From NCBI GenBank assembly GCA_964580325.1, contig CAZOLK010000004.1, forward strand, positions 1-54,233: a stretch of 54,233 nt of DNA, in the 5' to 3' direction. Shown piece by piece: positions 40,190-48,977 of the stretch. The notes below the pieces were generated by a model, which ran no database searches, was not told the DNA's origin, and saw only the letters and a program-made list of their open reading frames with translations. Source of the DNA: an uncultured Verrucomicrobiota bacterium (lineage in GTDB: Bacteria > Verrucomicrobiota > Kiritimatiellia > CAYTQP01 > CAZOLK01). The position numbers and the translations under genes are program-made. Within the stretch, counting starts at the first letter, position 1, and the number at the start of each line of letters is the position of its first letter.

Positions 40190-41151
40190 ACCGGCGTCGG
40201 CAGTTCACGTCCTTTCAGCACCGTGATTATATCCAGAATTTCCTGTTCGGTGAACAGGCCGGTGAGGTGGGCTACGCCGTCGAGAATCGGTTTGCGGATT
40301 TCCGGAGCGGACAGCACCAGACCATCGTAGACCATGGCCATCTGCCTCCCTGTTTCCGTAGCGTTCCGGCTCCCATGCGGACAATAAGCGCTGGTGGTCA
40401 AAGCCAGCGCCCGGGCGCCCCGCGCGTCGAACACGAGTTGGATATAGGGTTGGTTCATTGGGTCACGCCCGTGCTCAACCGATATGATCGAACGGTTGTC
40501 CAGTACCACGCGGCGTTTGATATACATGGGTCGATAGAGCGTCTCGCGACCGGTTTTGAACGGTATGAGCAGGATGTCATAACCTGGGGGAGGATCGGGT
40601 AAACCCTTGAGCGGATAGAAAGCCGTCAACTCCCCGATCCCGTATTCAAAGGTAACGCGGCTGAAATCTATGGACCGAGATTTTCTTTTATCAGTGGCTT
40701 GTTCTGATGTTCTTTTGTAAAAAAAATCGTGATACAGAGCGCCATCCATGCCGATTTCTCTGGTCACACGCTCGAAACCGTTCGGTGCGGTCTGGTCCGA
40801 GTTCATCAATTGCGCGGTCAACCGCTGGTTGTCGGGATGCACCAGGCTCAATTCCAGGCGCCCGGGGCGGGTCAGTACCCGCCTGATCCGGTCTTGCTGT
40901 TGCTTGCTGATCCTGGCAATGAATAAGGTCAGCCTGCTTTTGTCCCGCCGGATAAATCGATGGGTAAGCCGCATGGCCTTCAAACGTGCACTCAGGACCT
41001 CCTCGACTTGGCGCAAGGTCGCGTCAGTGGCAGGCGTATCCTTGCCGCAATAGATCAAGTACATGCGATCGCTGGTCCTGGCCTGGAAAAAGTACACTCC
41101 CAGGAGCGCCAGCAGGATCGGAACCAACCAGAACAGTCGTCTATTGCGCAT
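40129..41151 (-). CDS. Stand-alone SecD P1/head-domain protein
   Basis: One N-terminal TM, then VLSARL, RPGRLELSLVHPDN, GRQMAMVYDGLVLSAPEIRKPILDG, VLKGRELPTPVQLVSE; lacks the SecD C-terminal TMs. Confidence 0.75.
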   Translation of the reverse strand: MRNRRLFWLVPILLALLGVYFFQARTSDRMYLIYCGKDTPATDATLRQVEEVLSARLKAMRLTHRFIRRDKSRLTLFIARISKQQQDRIRRVLTRPGRLELSLVHPDNQRLTAQLMNSDQTAPNGFERVTREIGMDGALYHDFFYKRTSEQATDKRKSRSIDFSRVTFEYGIGELTAFYPLKGLPDPPPGYDILLIPFKTGRETLYRPMYIKRRVVLDNRSIISVEHGRDPMNQPYIQLVFDARGARALALTTSAYCPHGSRNATETGRQMAMVYDGLVLSAPEIRKPILDGVAHLTGLFTEQEILDIITVLKGRELPTPVQLVSEKPASLRTIPEGGTP

Positions 41152-41278
41152 GGTCGAAGTATCCTCACGTATACAGATTAAAATAAGAGTAGCGCATCTG
41201 TCTGTGTCAGGCAAATATTTAATCGAAAGTGGATTGGATCTTGACGTGTGACGTATGCAATCGTATTTTTCGCAGATT

Positions 41279-42283
41279 ATGAAAAGATTTTTGCATGTGT
41301 TGATTACCATGGTGTTGTGTGCGCCCGTGGCAGGTTGGTCCGGTCTGCTGACCCGGGACAAACCTTACGAAGAGAGTAACAAGGAAAAAACCTGGAGCAT
41401 TGCTGCGCGACCCAAGAAAGATACTGCCGCAGAACAGTTCGCCTATTGCCGGGAGTTGAAAGACAATCGTAAATACAAAGCGGCCATCAAGCAATGCCGT
41501 GCGCTGGTGAAGCGCTGGCCTGCCTCGCCGGAAGCTGCCGAAGCCCAGATGATGCTCGGTTGGGTTTATGAGAAAAAAGGCACAACCGGCAAGGCGTTCG
41601 ATGCATACCAGGAGTTGATTGAAGAATATGCGGGCCGGTTTCCTTATGAAGACATTCTGGAGCGTCAGTTCCAACTGGCAGTCGCCCGGATGCAGCGCAA
41701 AAAAGCGCGTTGGTTTTTTGGTGGATTCGAAGCGCCTGACGAAGCTGTCGAGTTGTTGGAAAAGATCCTGGAAAACGCACCTGAATGGCATCGTGCGCCC
41801 CAAGTTCAGTTTCTGATCGGTAAAGCGTACGAGATGAGCGGGCAATTGGAAATGGCGATCACCCCCTATATGACGGTTCAACTCCATTATCCCCGCTCGA
41901 CCCAGGCTGAGGAAGCAGCCTTTCGGCGGGCCTATTGCCTGTTTAAGCTGTCACATAAAACGCCCAATAACGAATTGCTGCTCAATGAGTCGTGGTCAGC
42001 CGTAATCCTGTTTCTCAGGGCTTATCCAGAATCCAAACACGTTGAAACGGCCAGGATATACAAGCACGAAATACTGAATATCCGCGCCCATCGCGCCTAT
42101 GAAAAAGCGGTTTTTTATGAAAAAATGGCGCGCAAACCCAAGGCCGCGCTGATGGCTTATCGCTTATTTGTTAAGGAATATCCGAATTCGGAATGGACGG
42201 ATCGTGTGAAGAAACGTATAAAAGAACTTGAAGAAATCACTGGTCAGCAGAACAAAGATCTGGGGAACGATAATGAAGAATAG
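41279..42283 (+). CDS. TPR outer-membrane assembly protein, BamD-like
   Basis: Signal peptide, tandem TPR helices (WPASPEAAEAQ, YPRSTQAEEA, YPESKH, YPNSEW); overlaps lptE. Confidence 0.75.
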   Translation: MKRFLHVLITMVLCAPVAGWSGLLTRDKPYEESNKEKTWSIAARPKKDTAAEQFAYCRELKDNRKYKAAIKQCRALVKRWPASPEAAEAQMMLGWVYEKKGTTGKAFDAYQELIEEYAGRFPYEDILERQFQLAVARMQRKKARWFFGGFEAPDEAVELLEKILENAPEWHRAPQVQFLIGKAYEMSGQLEMAITPYMTVQLHYPRSTQAEEAAFRRAYCLFKLSHKTPNNELLLNESWSAVILFLRAYPESKHVETARIYKHEILNIRAHRAYEKAVFYEKMARKPKAALMAYRLFVKEYPNSEWTDRVKKRIKELEEITGQQNKDLGNDNEE

Positions 42284-42803
42284 ATTTTATAAGGGCACAG
42301 TACATGGCATCATTCTGGTTGCGGCTGGCATCATGCTGGCTGGCGGCGGTTGTGTTGGATACCGGGTAGGCACAATGTTGCCGCCGGACATTAAAACCAT
42401 CGCCGTGCCGACCTTTATCAATAAAACCACTGAACCACAATTGGAGGTCGCCACCACCCAGGCTGCGGTTCAGCAGTTTCAGCGTGATGGTTCACTGGAA
42501 ATTACGCAGAAAGAGTATGCCGACGCGCTGCTCGAGGTTACGCTGACTCACTTTGAACTGATTCCCATGGCCTATGACAAAGATCGCGGAACAACAGCCC
42601 AAGAATACCGGATCCTGATCCATGCCAGCGTATTGTGTACACGCACCGATACCGGCGAAGTGCTGGCGGAAGACCCCCAGGTGGAGGGTAGGGCCATCTT
42701 TCTGAAAACAGGCGACCTTTCTTCCTCCAAGCGCACCGAGTTGCCGGAAGCCGCCAAACACCTGGCCCACAACATCGTCAAACGCGTAGTCGACGCCTGG
42801 TAG
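42273..42803 (+). CDS. lptE: LPS assembly lipoprotein LptE
   Basis: Lipobox-like LAGGGC-VGY, LPPDIKTIAVPTFINKT, EYRILI, LAHNIVKRVVDAW. Confidence 0.8.
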   Translation: MKNRFYKGTVHGIILVAAGIMLAGGGCVGYRVGTMLPPDIKTIAVPTFINKTTEPQLEVATTQAAVQQFQRDGSLEITQKEYADALLEVTLTHFELIPMAYDKDRGTTAQEYRILIHASVLCTRTDTGEVLAEDPQVEGRAIFLKTGDLSSSKRTELPEAAKHLAHNIVKRVVDAW

Positions 42804-42940
42804 CTGGGATCCATAGCACAAATCTGGATGCACGGATTCAGCCCCGGATTGACTCAGCCTGTAGCCCGAAGGCGTGGAGTGAGGATCTCGTGTGCGGTAT
42901 CGCTGTCGATTACCGTGGAGATATAGATGCCGGATTACGC

Positions 42941-43017
42941 TTGTAGTCCAGGCTTTAGCCTGCTGAATGTTTCGTGCCTGCAAGCACGATCCTGGCAGGT
43001 TAAAGCCTGGACTACAA
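42941..43017. repeat. Inverted REP-like pair (GTAG type)
   Basis: TTGTAGTCCAGGCTTTAGCCTGC ... GCAGGTTAAAGCCTGGACTACAA, 23-bp arms with one mismatch. Confidence 0.8.
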
Positions 43018-43455
43018 ACATTTGGCCCCAAACCAAGAAAATCCACGGCAGTTTCGTTGGCATAGCATCTTGCCCCTGAACATCTGGAAGTAAAGGGCTT
43101 ATCTGGAGCGGGTTCCACGGGATCCGATCAACGATCTTATCTTGAGGCGGGATCGCTGGTTCCTTAATTTGAGACCTTTGGGGGGAATTTGTCATCGACA
43201 AGCAGCGTCAGCAAGAGTGGCATCTTTTCCCCTTTGGTGAAATCAAACTCAAAAAACTCAGCATCATCTTTAAAGGAAACGAACGCGTTCATTATACGGC
43301 CATTTTGTCCTGATCAATCTCCACCAAGAGCCTCCAAGGGCTTCTTCACAACAACATACCACGGTTGCAGTTTGCACAAGCGCGGGAGTGCGCAATGCAA
43401 AATGCAAGGAGTGCCGACCGTACTTTGCTGAGCGCACCTATTTCACCTACAAATT

Positions 43456-45774
43456 TCAATAGCAATGCCTCGCGATAATCTCATCCTGGAGTTCCTTATG
43501 CAGGCAGACAAACCTAGCGGATAGCCCGGAGATGCGCACGGTTAGATCGCGATGGGCGTCGGGATGGACCTGGGCGTCGCGCAGTTGTTGCTGATCCACA
43601 CAGTTCAGTTGCAGTGTGGCGCCTCCATACTGGGCAAATGCCCTGAGCAGTGGGGCCACGATCTCGCCGGCTGCCAGGTCCTTGCCCAAGTTCAGATCGA
43701 GCACGGCATTGGCAGGATATTGCGTGTAATCCACGTGTCGAATCCCCTGCAAGATCGCTGAAATATTTTCAGGCGTGCGCAACCGCGCAGGACTCGTACC
43801 CTGGCTGAGCATATCGCCGTTGCGCCGACCGTCAGGTGTTGCGCGCACATGTTGGCCCATGATGACAAACATGTAATACACAAAAAAACTGGGTTGATAG
43901 AAACCGCCGCGCTCATTTTGCATGGCGCAGATGATCGCGGCCAGATCAGCCGCCAACCTGGCGGCAAATGCATCGGCCTCCTCGTGGCCGTGGCCGAATT
44001 TTGGCAGTGCCATCATACGCTGACGCAAAGTCTCGTCATCTTCCCAGTTTCGCGCCAAAGCCTTCATCAACGCGGGCCAGCTCAAAAACGGAGCTTTGAA
44101 AATACTCTGGCGAATGGCAAACAGCGAATCCGCAACTGATGCAAATCCGACCATGGCCACGGTGGCGGGATTGTAGAGCGCACCACCACACGTATAATCC
44201 TTGGCCCTGTCGACACAGCCTTTGATCGCGCTGGAGAAAAGCGGGCCAGGATGGTACTTCCAAAAATCGACAGCCAATGAACGCGCCAGCTCTCCACCAT
44301 AATGAATAGCGTACTTGAGTGAGGACAGGAAACTTTCGTACAAGTCTTCAAACGTTTTGAACCGGCCATCAGCTTGTTCAAAAGCAAAAGGAAGGTCTTG
44401 GGGGCTGCCTTGGAGAAAGAAATCGAGATAGCGTGCCATATTGAAATAATAGAAAGCGCCAGCACTGTGCTCCACCCCCTCGCACATGGTCTCTTGACAT
44501 CCGCCATTGACATAATTGCGGGCGTGCCGCTCTGTCTTGCCGCCCTTGATATTGGCGGGTATCAGCACGTCATCATTCAGAAAGGCAAAGTTATTGTGAC
44601 CGCGCTCGATGGTCGCCCCCATGAGTTGCAGGTACTCGTCAGGTGAGGTGCGCCCGTAACGACAGTTCAATTTGGGGTTGATCAAGCCATGCCGCTCATG
44701 TTCTTCAATAAACAGGCGGGTGACATTGTTAAACACAGGATGCCCTTCCACATCGCAACCGCCTAGTTCCAAGCATGTGCTGGTCTCGGGCCAACCGTGG
44801 TTGTGGACATGGAACTTGATGTCGGTATGAACCATCCATATCGCGATCAGGGAGCGCGCCTCGTCCTGATCGAGGCGCCCTGCGGCGAGATCCGCCTGGT
44901 AAAGATCGTGCAACAGCACATCGGGACGGCCCAACACGGAGATGCCGATGGCTTCCAGCGAAGCGACAGCTTCACGCAGAAAGAGCATGGCCGCCAAGCC
45001 CTCGTAAAAAGTGCGCGGCGGTTCAGCAGGTATACGCCGGGCTGCATCGGCGATCATGCGCAGGCTTCGCAGGCTCTGCTCGTCATGGTCCGCGCCAGAT
45101 TCCATGGCGCTGGCTGCTGTCTGCGCGAATTTGGTTGCGCATTTGAGCAGTGCCAGGTTTGAACGGCGCGCAGCCTCGAGAAAGCAGCGTTGTGTCTCGG
45201 TCAACGTTGGATCCTGCATGCGCGTTTCGATGTCGCCCAAGACAGCGTTCACCCCGCTCTTGAGTAATCGTGTGTAGTTCAAACAATGATGGTCGCAATC
45301 AAAAATATCCCACAGAATCCAGAGTTTCGCGGCATTTTCAGAATGGTTTTGCAGCGCCGCGATCTGCTGCCAGGCCTTGGTCCGGGTATATGCCTGATGG
45401 TGCGTGTGATGTAAGAAGCTGGCCGGATGGAGTTCAGGGGATTTGGGAGTACCCCAACACTCGGCAATGCGAACGCCCATTTCAAAAAAGAAAGGGCAAC
45501 AGGGGAAAATGACCGGTTCGAACAGGTCGGCAATGGTCTCCTGCAAGAGTGCTTTTAACAAATGCGGATCCTCTTCTTCCCGCTGGGCGCGTATCTTGAA
45601 TTCCTCAACAATCGCCCGGTTCCGCTCCAGAAAAATCGTGTTGGCGTCAACCTTCTTGTCATAGATGGTGATCGCCTCATAGTATCGCTGCATCTCATGC
45701 CTGACAGGCTCCAGGGAAAAGGGCACCTGGCACGCCGTACTGCGCTGCTCTTCCTTCATAACATCTATTGTCAT
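43456..45774 (-). CDS. Glycyl radical enzyme (PFL-like family)
   Basis: Cys loop NGGCQE, PKFGHG, ATPDGRRNG, QLNCVD, Gly loop DLTVRISGLSARF; RBS GGAG before the ATG at 45774. Confidence 0.9.
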   Translation of the reverse strand: MTIDVMKEEQRSTACQVPFSLEPVRHEMQRYYEAITIYDKKVDANTIFLERNRAIVEEFKIRAQREEEDPHLLKALLQETIADLFEPVIFPCCPFFFEMGVRIAECWGTPKSPELHPASFLHHTHHQAYTRTKAWQQIAALQNHSENAAKLWILWDIFDCDHHCLNYTRLLKSGVNAVLGDIETRMQDPTLTETQRCFLEAARRSNLALLKCATKFAQTAASAMESGADHDEQSLRSLRMIADAARRIPAEPPRTFYEGLAAMLFLREAVASLEAIGISVLGRPDVLLHDLYQADLAAGRLDQDEARSLIAIWMVHTDIKFHVHNHGWPETSTCLELGGCDVEGHPVFNNVTRLFIEEHERHGLINPKLNCRYGRTSPDEYLQLMGATIERGHNNFAFLNDDVLIPANIKGGKTERHARNYVNGGCQETMCEGVEHSAGAFYYFNMARYLDFFLQGSPQDLPFAFEQADGRFKTFEDLYESFLSSLKYAIHYGGELARSLAVDFWKYHPGPLFSSAIKGCVDRAKDYTCGGALYNPATVAMVGFASVADSLFAIRQSIFKAPFLSWPALMKALARNWEDDETLRQRMMALPKFGHGHEEADAFAARLAADLAAIICAMQNERGGFYQPSFFVYYMFVIMGQHVRATPDGRRNGDMLSQGTSPARLRTPENISAILQGIRHVDYTQYPANAVLDLNLGKDLAAGEIVAPLLRAFAQYGGATLQLNCVDQQQLRDAQVHPDAHRDLTVRISGLSARFVCLHKELQDEIIARHCY

Positions 45775-45908
45775 ACCAAACTCTTTTTTATCGTTGTGTT
45801 TATGTCTGGCGAAAACATAGTCCGGAAATTGTGATGTCACAAGGTTGAAAATTGGAGCCAACTGGTATACTATTGTAAAGTCAACCATAAAAAACGAGGT
45901 GGCTGTAT

Positions 45909-46757
45909 ATGGATTGGGACAAGATGATGACTTCGGAGAGGTTCTGGTGGGATATGCGCAACCTTCCGGATGGCAGTGGAATATGGGTTCGCGACGCGGG
46001 TTTGATTCAGGGTCGCGGCTGTTTTGAATTACACTCGCGGCCACAATATTTTGCACCTCATATTGTAATTTCAGGCCAGGGCGCCGTTGAGACGGGATGG
46101 CGCCGGCAGGAGCTTGGTCCAGGTGATATGTTCACGCTCTGGCCTGATGTGGAAATTCTGTATGCGGAGCATGCCGAGCACCCCTGGAGCTTTTATTTCC
46201 TGCACGTAGAAGGTGATAAAAGCCGGGACTTCATGACTATGCTCGGATTTTCGTCCACCTGCGGTTACCTGCACCCGCACCAACCCCAGGTGGTTGAAGA
46301 AGTGTTCCTCCGTATCTGGAAGCTCTCACAATGTCAATCCCTGCACAATCAATATGAGGCCATTTCGCTCTTATACAGACTGCCAGGCGCAGTCCAGAAC
46401 CTGACAGAAATAAAGGTTAAGCAAGGTGCGCAGGATCTCTATGAACGGGCCGTAGCCTTGATCCATTCCCAACTTGCGCTCGGCATCAATGTGGATATGG
46501 TCTGTCAGATATTGAAAACCTCCAGAGTCAGTTTAACCCATGCGTTCAAGGAAAAAGCGCGTATCTCGCCCGGTGCCTATATTCTACAGACGAGAAGCAA
46601 GTTGGTTAAAGATCTGTTGTGCGACACCCCGCATTCAGTGGCCACCATCGCACGCATGGTCGGATTTTCCTCGGAAAAATACTTATATCGCCGTTTTAAA
46701 AAGGAAGAGGGGCTGACACCCGATCAGTTCCGGCGCACACATGCTTTGCGATGCTAG
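45909..46757 (+). CDS. AraC family transcriptional regulator, divergent from the GRE gene
   Basis: Cupin-like N-domain (GDMFTLWP, HPWSFYFLH); C-terminal SVATIARMVGFSSEKYLYRRFKKEEGLTP. Confidence 0.9.
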   Translation: MDWDKMMTSERFWWDMRNLPDGSGIWVRDAGLIQGRGCFELHSRPQYFAPHIVISGQGAVETGWRRQELGPGDMFTLWPDVEILYAEHAEHPWSFYFLHVEGDKSRDFMTMLGFSSTCGYLHPHQPQVVEEVFLRIWKLSQCQSLHNQYEAISLLYRLPGAVQNLTEIKVKQGAQDLYERAVALIHSQLALGINVDMVCQILKTSRVSLTHAFKEKARISPGAYILQTRSKLVKDLLCDTPHSVATIARMVGFSSEKYLYRRFKKEEGLTPDQFRRTHALRC

Positions 46758-47276
46758 GTGCTAGGCAGCACAATTAAAGGATTATTCCACATCCTATAAA
46801 CGTTATTCCAATCAACGAGGGTAGCGGTGTACCTATTGTAAATGATGGTGGCGGGTCTTTTGTGCGCCCAAAATGCGGAACAGGCTGTCGCTCTCCTTTT
46901 TCAACTTTTCTTGCTTTTGGCGCATTGCAGCGGGGGCAGGATGTCGGCAGTCGTGCGCTCGTGAGCGCACATAACTGGAGTGGTGGAAGACCGCTTGATG
47001 GCCAGTGTGAGGCCAAGTAACTGCGTCGCCGTAGGCGAGGTGCGGAGCAACGGAAGGCAAAGGTCCAGTCCTGGGATGGAATTTCTCGGCGGCGGAGTGG
47101 ATGGCAGTGTAAGGGGTAAGGGGTAAGGTCGATGGTTTGTTCAAGCTATAACTTCGGCGTTGTCTTTTCGGCGCCGGCAAAGGATGCGAACTCTGTGCCG
47201 GCGATACGTGCGCTGCCCTAGGCTGACCATAACGCCGTTACGGCCCTGCCACTCTTTGATCCAGCCCAATGAGCTA

Positions 47277-47317
47277 GTGTTAAATAGCAGCGAACTGTGT
47301 TAAATAGCAGCGAACTG
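47277..47317. repeat. Perfect 20-bp tandem duplication
   Basis: GTGTTAAATAGCAGCGAACT x2, ending just before the -35 box. Confidence 0.9.
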
Positions 47318-47318
47318 C

Positions 47319-47347
47319 TTGACAAAGCACCCTTTGGCGGGTATATT
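47319..47347 (+). promoter_or_regulatory. Sigma70 promoter of the M23 peptidase gene
   Basis: TTGACA-N17-TATATT. Confidence 0.75.
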
Positions 47348-47407
47348 TAATCTGTTCATTATCAATTTCCAAATAACTTCATTACAAGCATTATGCGGAG
47401 GAAATTT

Positions 47408-48256
47408 ATGGTCAGCATTACAAGCTCGGTCGGCAAGGGAGGCTCCAATAAGTCTTCCGATGTAAAACGTATTCAGGCGCTAATCAACCAGTGCATGCAA
47501 CTACTCGCTCCCCTGAAACCATTGAAGGTTGACGGGCTTATCGGCAACAAAACCATCACGGCAATCACCGAGTTCCAGCGCAAGGTCGTTGGCATGCGCC
47601 TACCGGACGGTCGCGTCGATCCTGGTGGAAATACGTTGGGCAAGATGAATAAGTCCTCCAAAGACGGCGGCATGGGCAATGCCGCGGGTGTGGCCAGCAG
47701 CGCCATGGCCACGGCGGCCAACAATCCCAATTCAGGCGACGGCCCTTTCTTTCCGTTCCCCAAGCTGCCCAACTGCGATTGGACCACCGAGCCCCGTTCT
47801 TATGGCGCGTGGCGCTCCAATCGCACCCGCCTGCACGCTGGTTGCGACCTCTATTTTCCGGTCGGCACCTGGATTTATGCCGTGCATGACGGCGAACTGA
47901 CCGACAATCCCAAAACCTTCTACCTCGGCACGGACCAGGTCTCCATTTACCATCCGGACCTGGACCGCACCATCCGCTACGGTGAAATCGCCCACGGCAG
48001 TTGTACGCTGCGCAAGGGCGATCGCGTTACGGCTGGTCACAAGCTCGCCAAGGTCGGCAAGTTGCGCGGGTTGAGCTACTCCATGCTGCATCTTGAATTG
48101 TATACCGGCCGCGTAGCTCCTTACCTGGTCAGCGGTAATGCCAGCAAATCCATGAGCAAAGGTGGGCGTGCGGTCAGCTTTTGCCGGCTCAAATCGCTGA
48201 TCGATCCCACCCAGTATCTCAACAGATGGAAGAAGAACCTGCCCATGGCGTACTGA
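47408..48256 (+). CDS. Peptidoglycan-binding domain + M23-family peptidase
   Basis: RBS GGAGGA; N-terminal SVGKGG...DVKRIQALIN...VDGLIGNKTITAITEFQ...DGRVDPGG; C-terminal HAGCDLY, IRYGEI, MLHLE; no signal peptide. Confidence 0.82.
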   Translation: MVSITSSVGKGGSNKSSDVKRIQALINQCMQLLAPLKPLKVDGLIGNKTITAITEFQRKVVGMRLPDGRVDPGGNTLGKMNKSSKDGGMGNAAGVASSAMATAANNPNSGDGPFFPFPKLPNCDWTTEPRSYGAWRSNRTRLHAGCDLYFPVGTWIYAVHDGELTDNPKTFYLGTDQVSIYHPDLDRTIRYGEIAHGSCTLRKGDRVTAGHKLAKVGKLRGLSYSMLHLELYTGRVAPYLVSGNASKSMSKGGRAVSFCRLKSLIDPTQYLNRWKKNLPMAY

Positions 48257-48280
48257 AATCGATACAGATAGCAGCAAAAT

Positions 48281-48314
48281 AAAAACCTCGCTTGGGAAAA
48301 CCGGGTGAGGTTTT
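48281..48314. terminator. Bidirectional intrinsic terminator
   Basis: AAAAACCTCGCTTGG-GAAAA-CCGGGTGAGGTTTT hairpin flanked by A and T tracts between convergent ORFs. Confidence 0.7.
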
Positions 48315-48337
48315 GCGTTATCAGGTTTAAAATGAAA

Positions 48338-48469
48338 TCAGGGACGATAGCTCAATTCAATAACCTCGACTTCGTTGTTCGAGCATGGTGAAGGGAGCAG
48401 AAGCAGGCTGGTTGCCAGAACCAGAACAATGAAAGCCACCAGAATTAAGTTGTAACAGATTCTAATCAT
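48338..48469 (-). CDS. Small 43-aa single-TM protein (below the ORF-track cut-off)
   Basis: MIRICYNLILVAFIVLVLATSLLLLPSPCSNNEVEVIELSYRP; AGGT RBS; near-consensus promoter upstream and terminator downstream. Confidence 0.55.
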   Translation of the reverse strand: MIRICYNLILVAFIVLVLATSLLLLPSPCSNNEVEVIELSYRP

Positions 48470-48529
48470 GAGATACCTATCTACTTTTTAAATGCTTTGC
48501 GATCAGGTCTCTTTTTCATTTCTGATAAA

Positions 48530-48558
48530 ATATTACCATCTCGCTGTCATATTGTCAA
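48530..48558 (-). promoter_or_regulatory. Sigma70 promoter for the small ORF
   Basis: TTGACA-N17-TAATAT with an extended -10 TG. Confidence 0.65.
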
Positions 48559-48644
48559 CTTTGAAAAGCTGAGAAATTTATAAAAATTTAACGGTTCATT
48601 ATTCATCACGAATTTATCTTTGATGTGGTTGACTTATTGCTATT

Positions 48645-48874
48645 TCCCATGGCGATTAGCGTTGTAATTGCATTGTGGATAGGGTGGTGGCTAAACGTCT
48701 TTAGCGGAGGTTGGATCCACCTACATCTTGTTGAACAGCATGCATTGCATGCGATGTCCCATGGCGATTAGCGTTGTAATTGCATTGTGGATAGGGTGGT
48801 GGCTAAACGTCTTTAGCGGAGGTTGGATCCACCTACATCTTGTTGAACAGCATGCATTGCATGCGATGTCCCAT
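48645..48874. repeat. Perfect 112-bp tandem duplication
   Basis: Unit TCCCATGGCGATTAGC...GCATTGCATGCGATG at 48645 and 48757, plus a third TCCCAT at 48869. Confidence 0.92.
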
Positions 48875-48977
48875 CCCATAGATAATCAGAAACTTGAAAC
48901 GGCCATGGGTGCGCCAAGGAAAAATCCGGTTTGCCCCAATTACGACGATCAAACCCATCCCTCGACCATATAACGCT

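Noticed and set aside
43165-43292. 42-codon minus-strand ORF MNAFVSFKDDAEFFEFDF... downstream of the GRE gene
   Set aside because: No recognisable motif or clear RBS, and far too short for an activase
46760-47270. 500-bp intergenic region as a possible ncRNA or gene
   Set aside because: No recognisable RNA family, convincing ORF or long stem found by eye
47277-48874. Tandem repeats as a CRISPR array
   Set aside because: Only two adjacent copies each, no spacers and no cas genes
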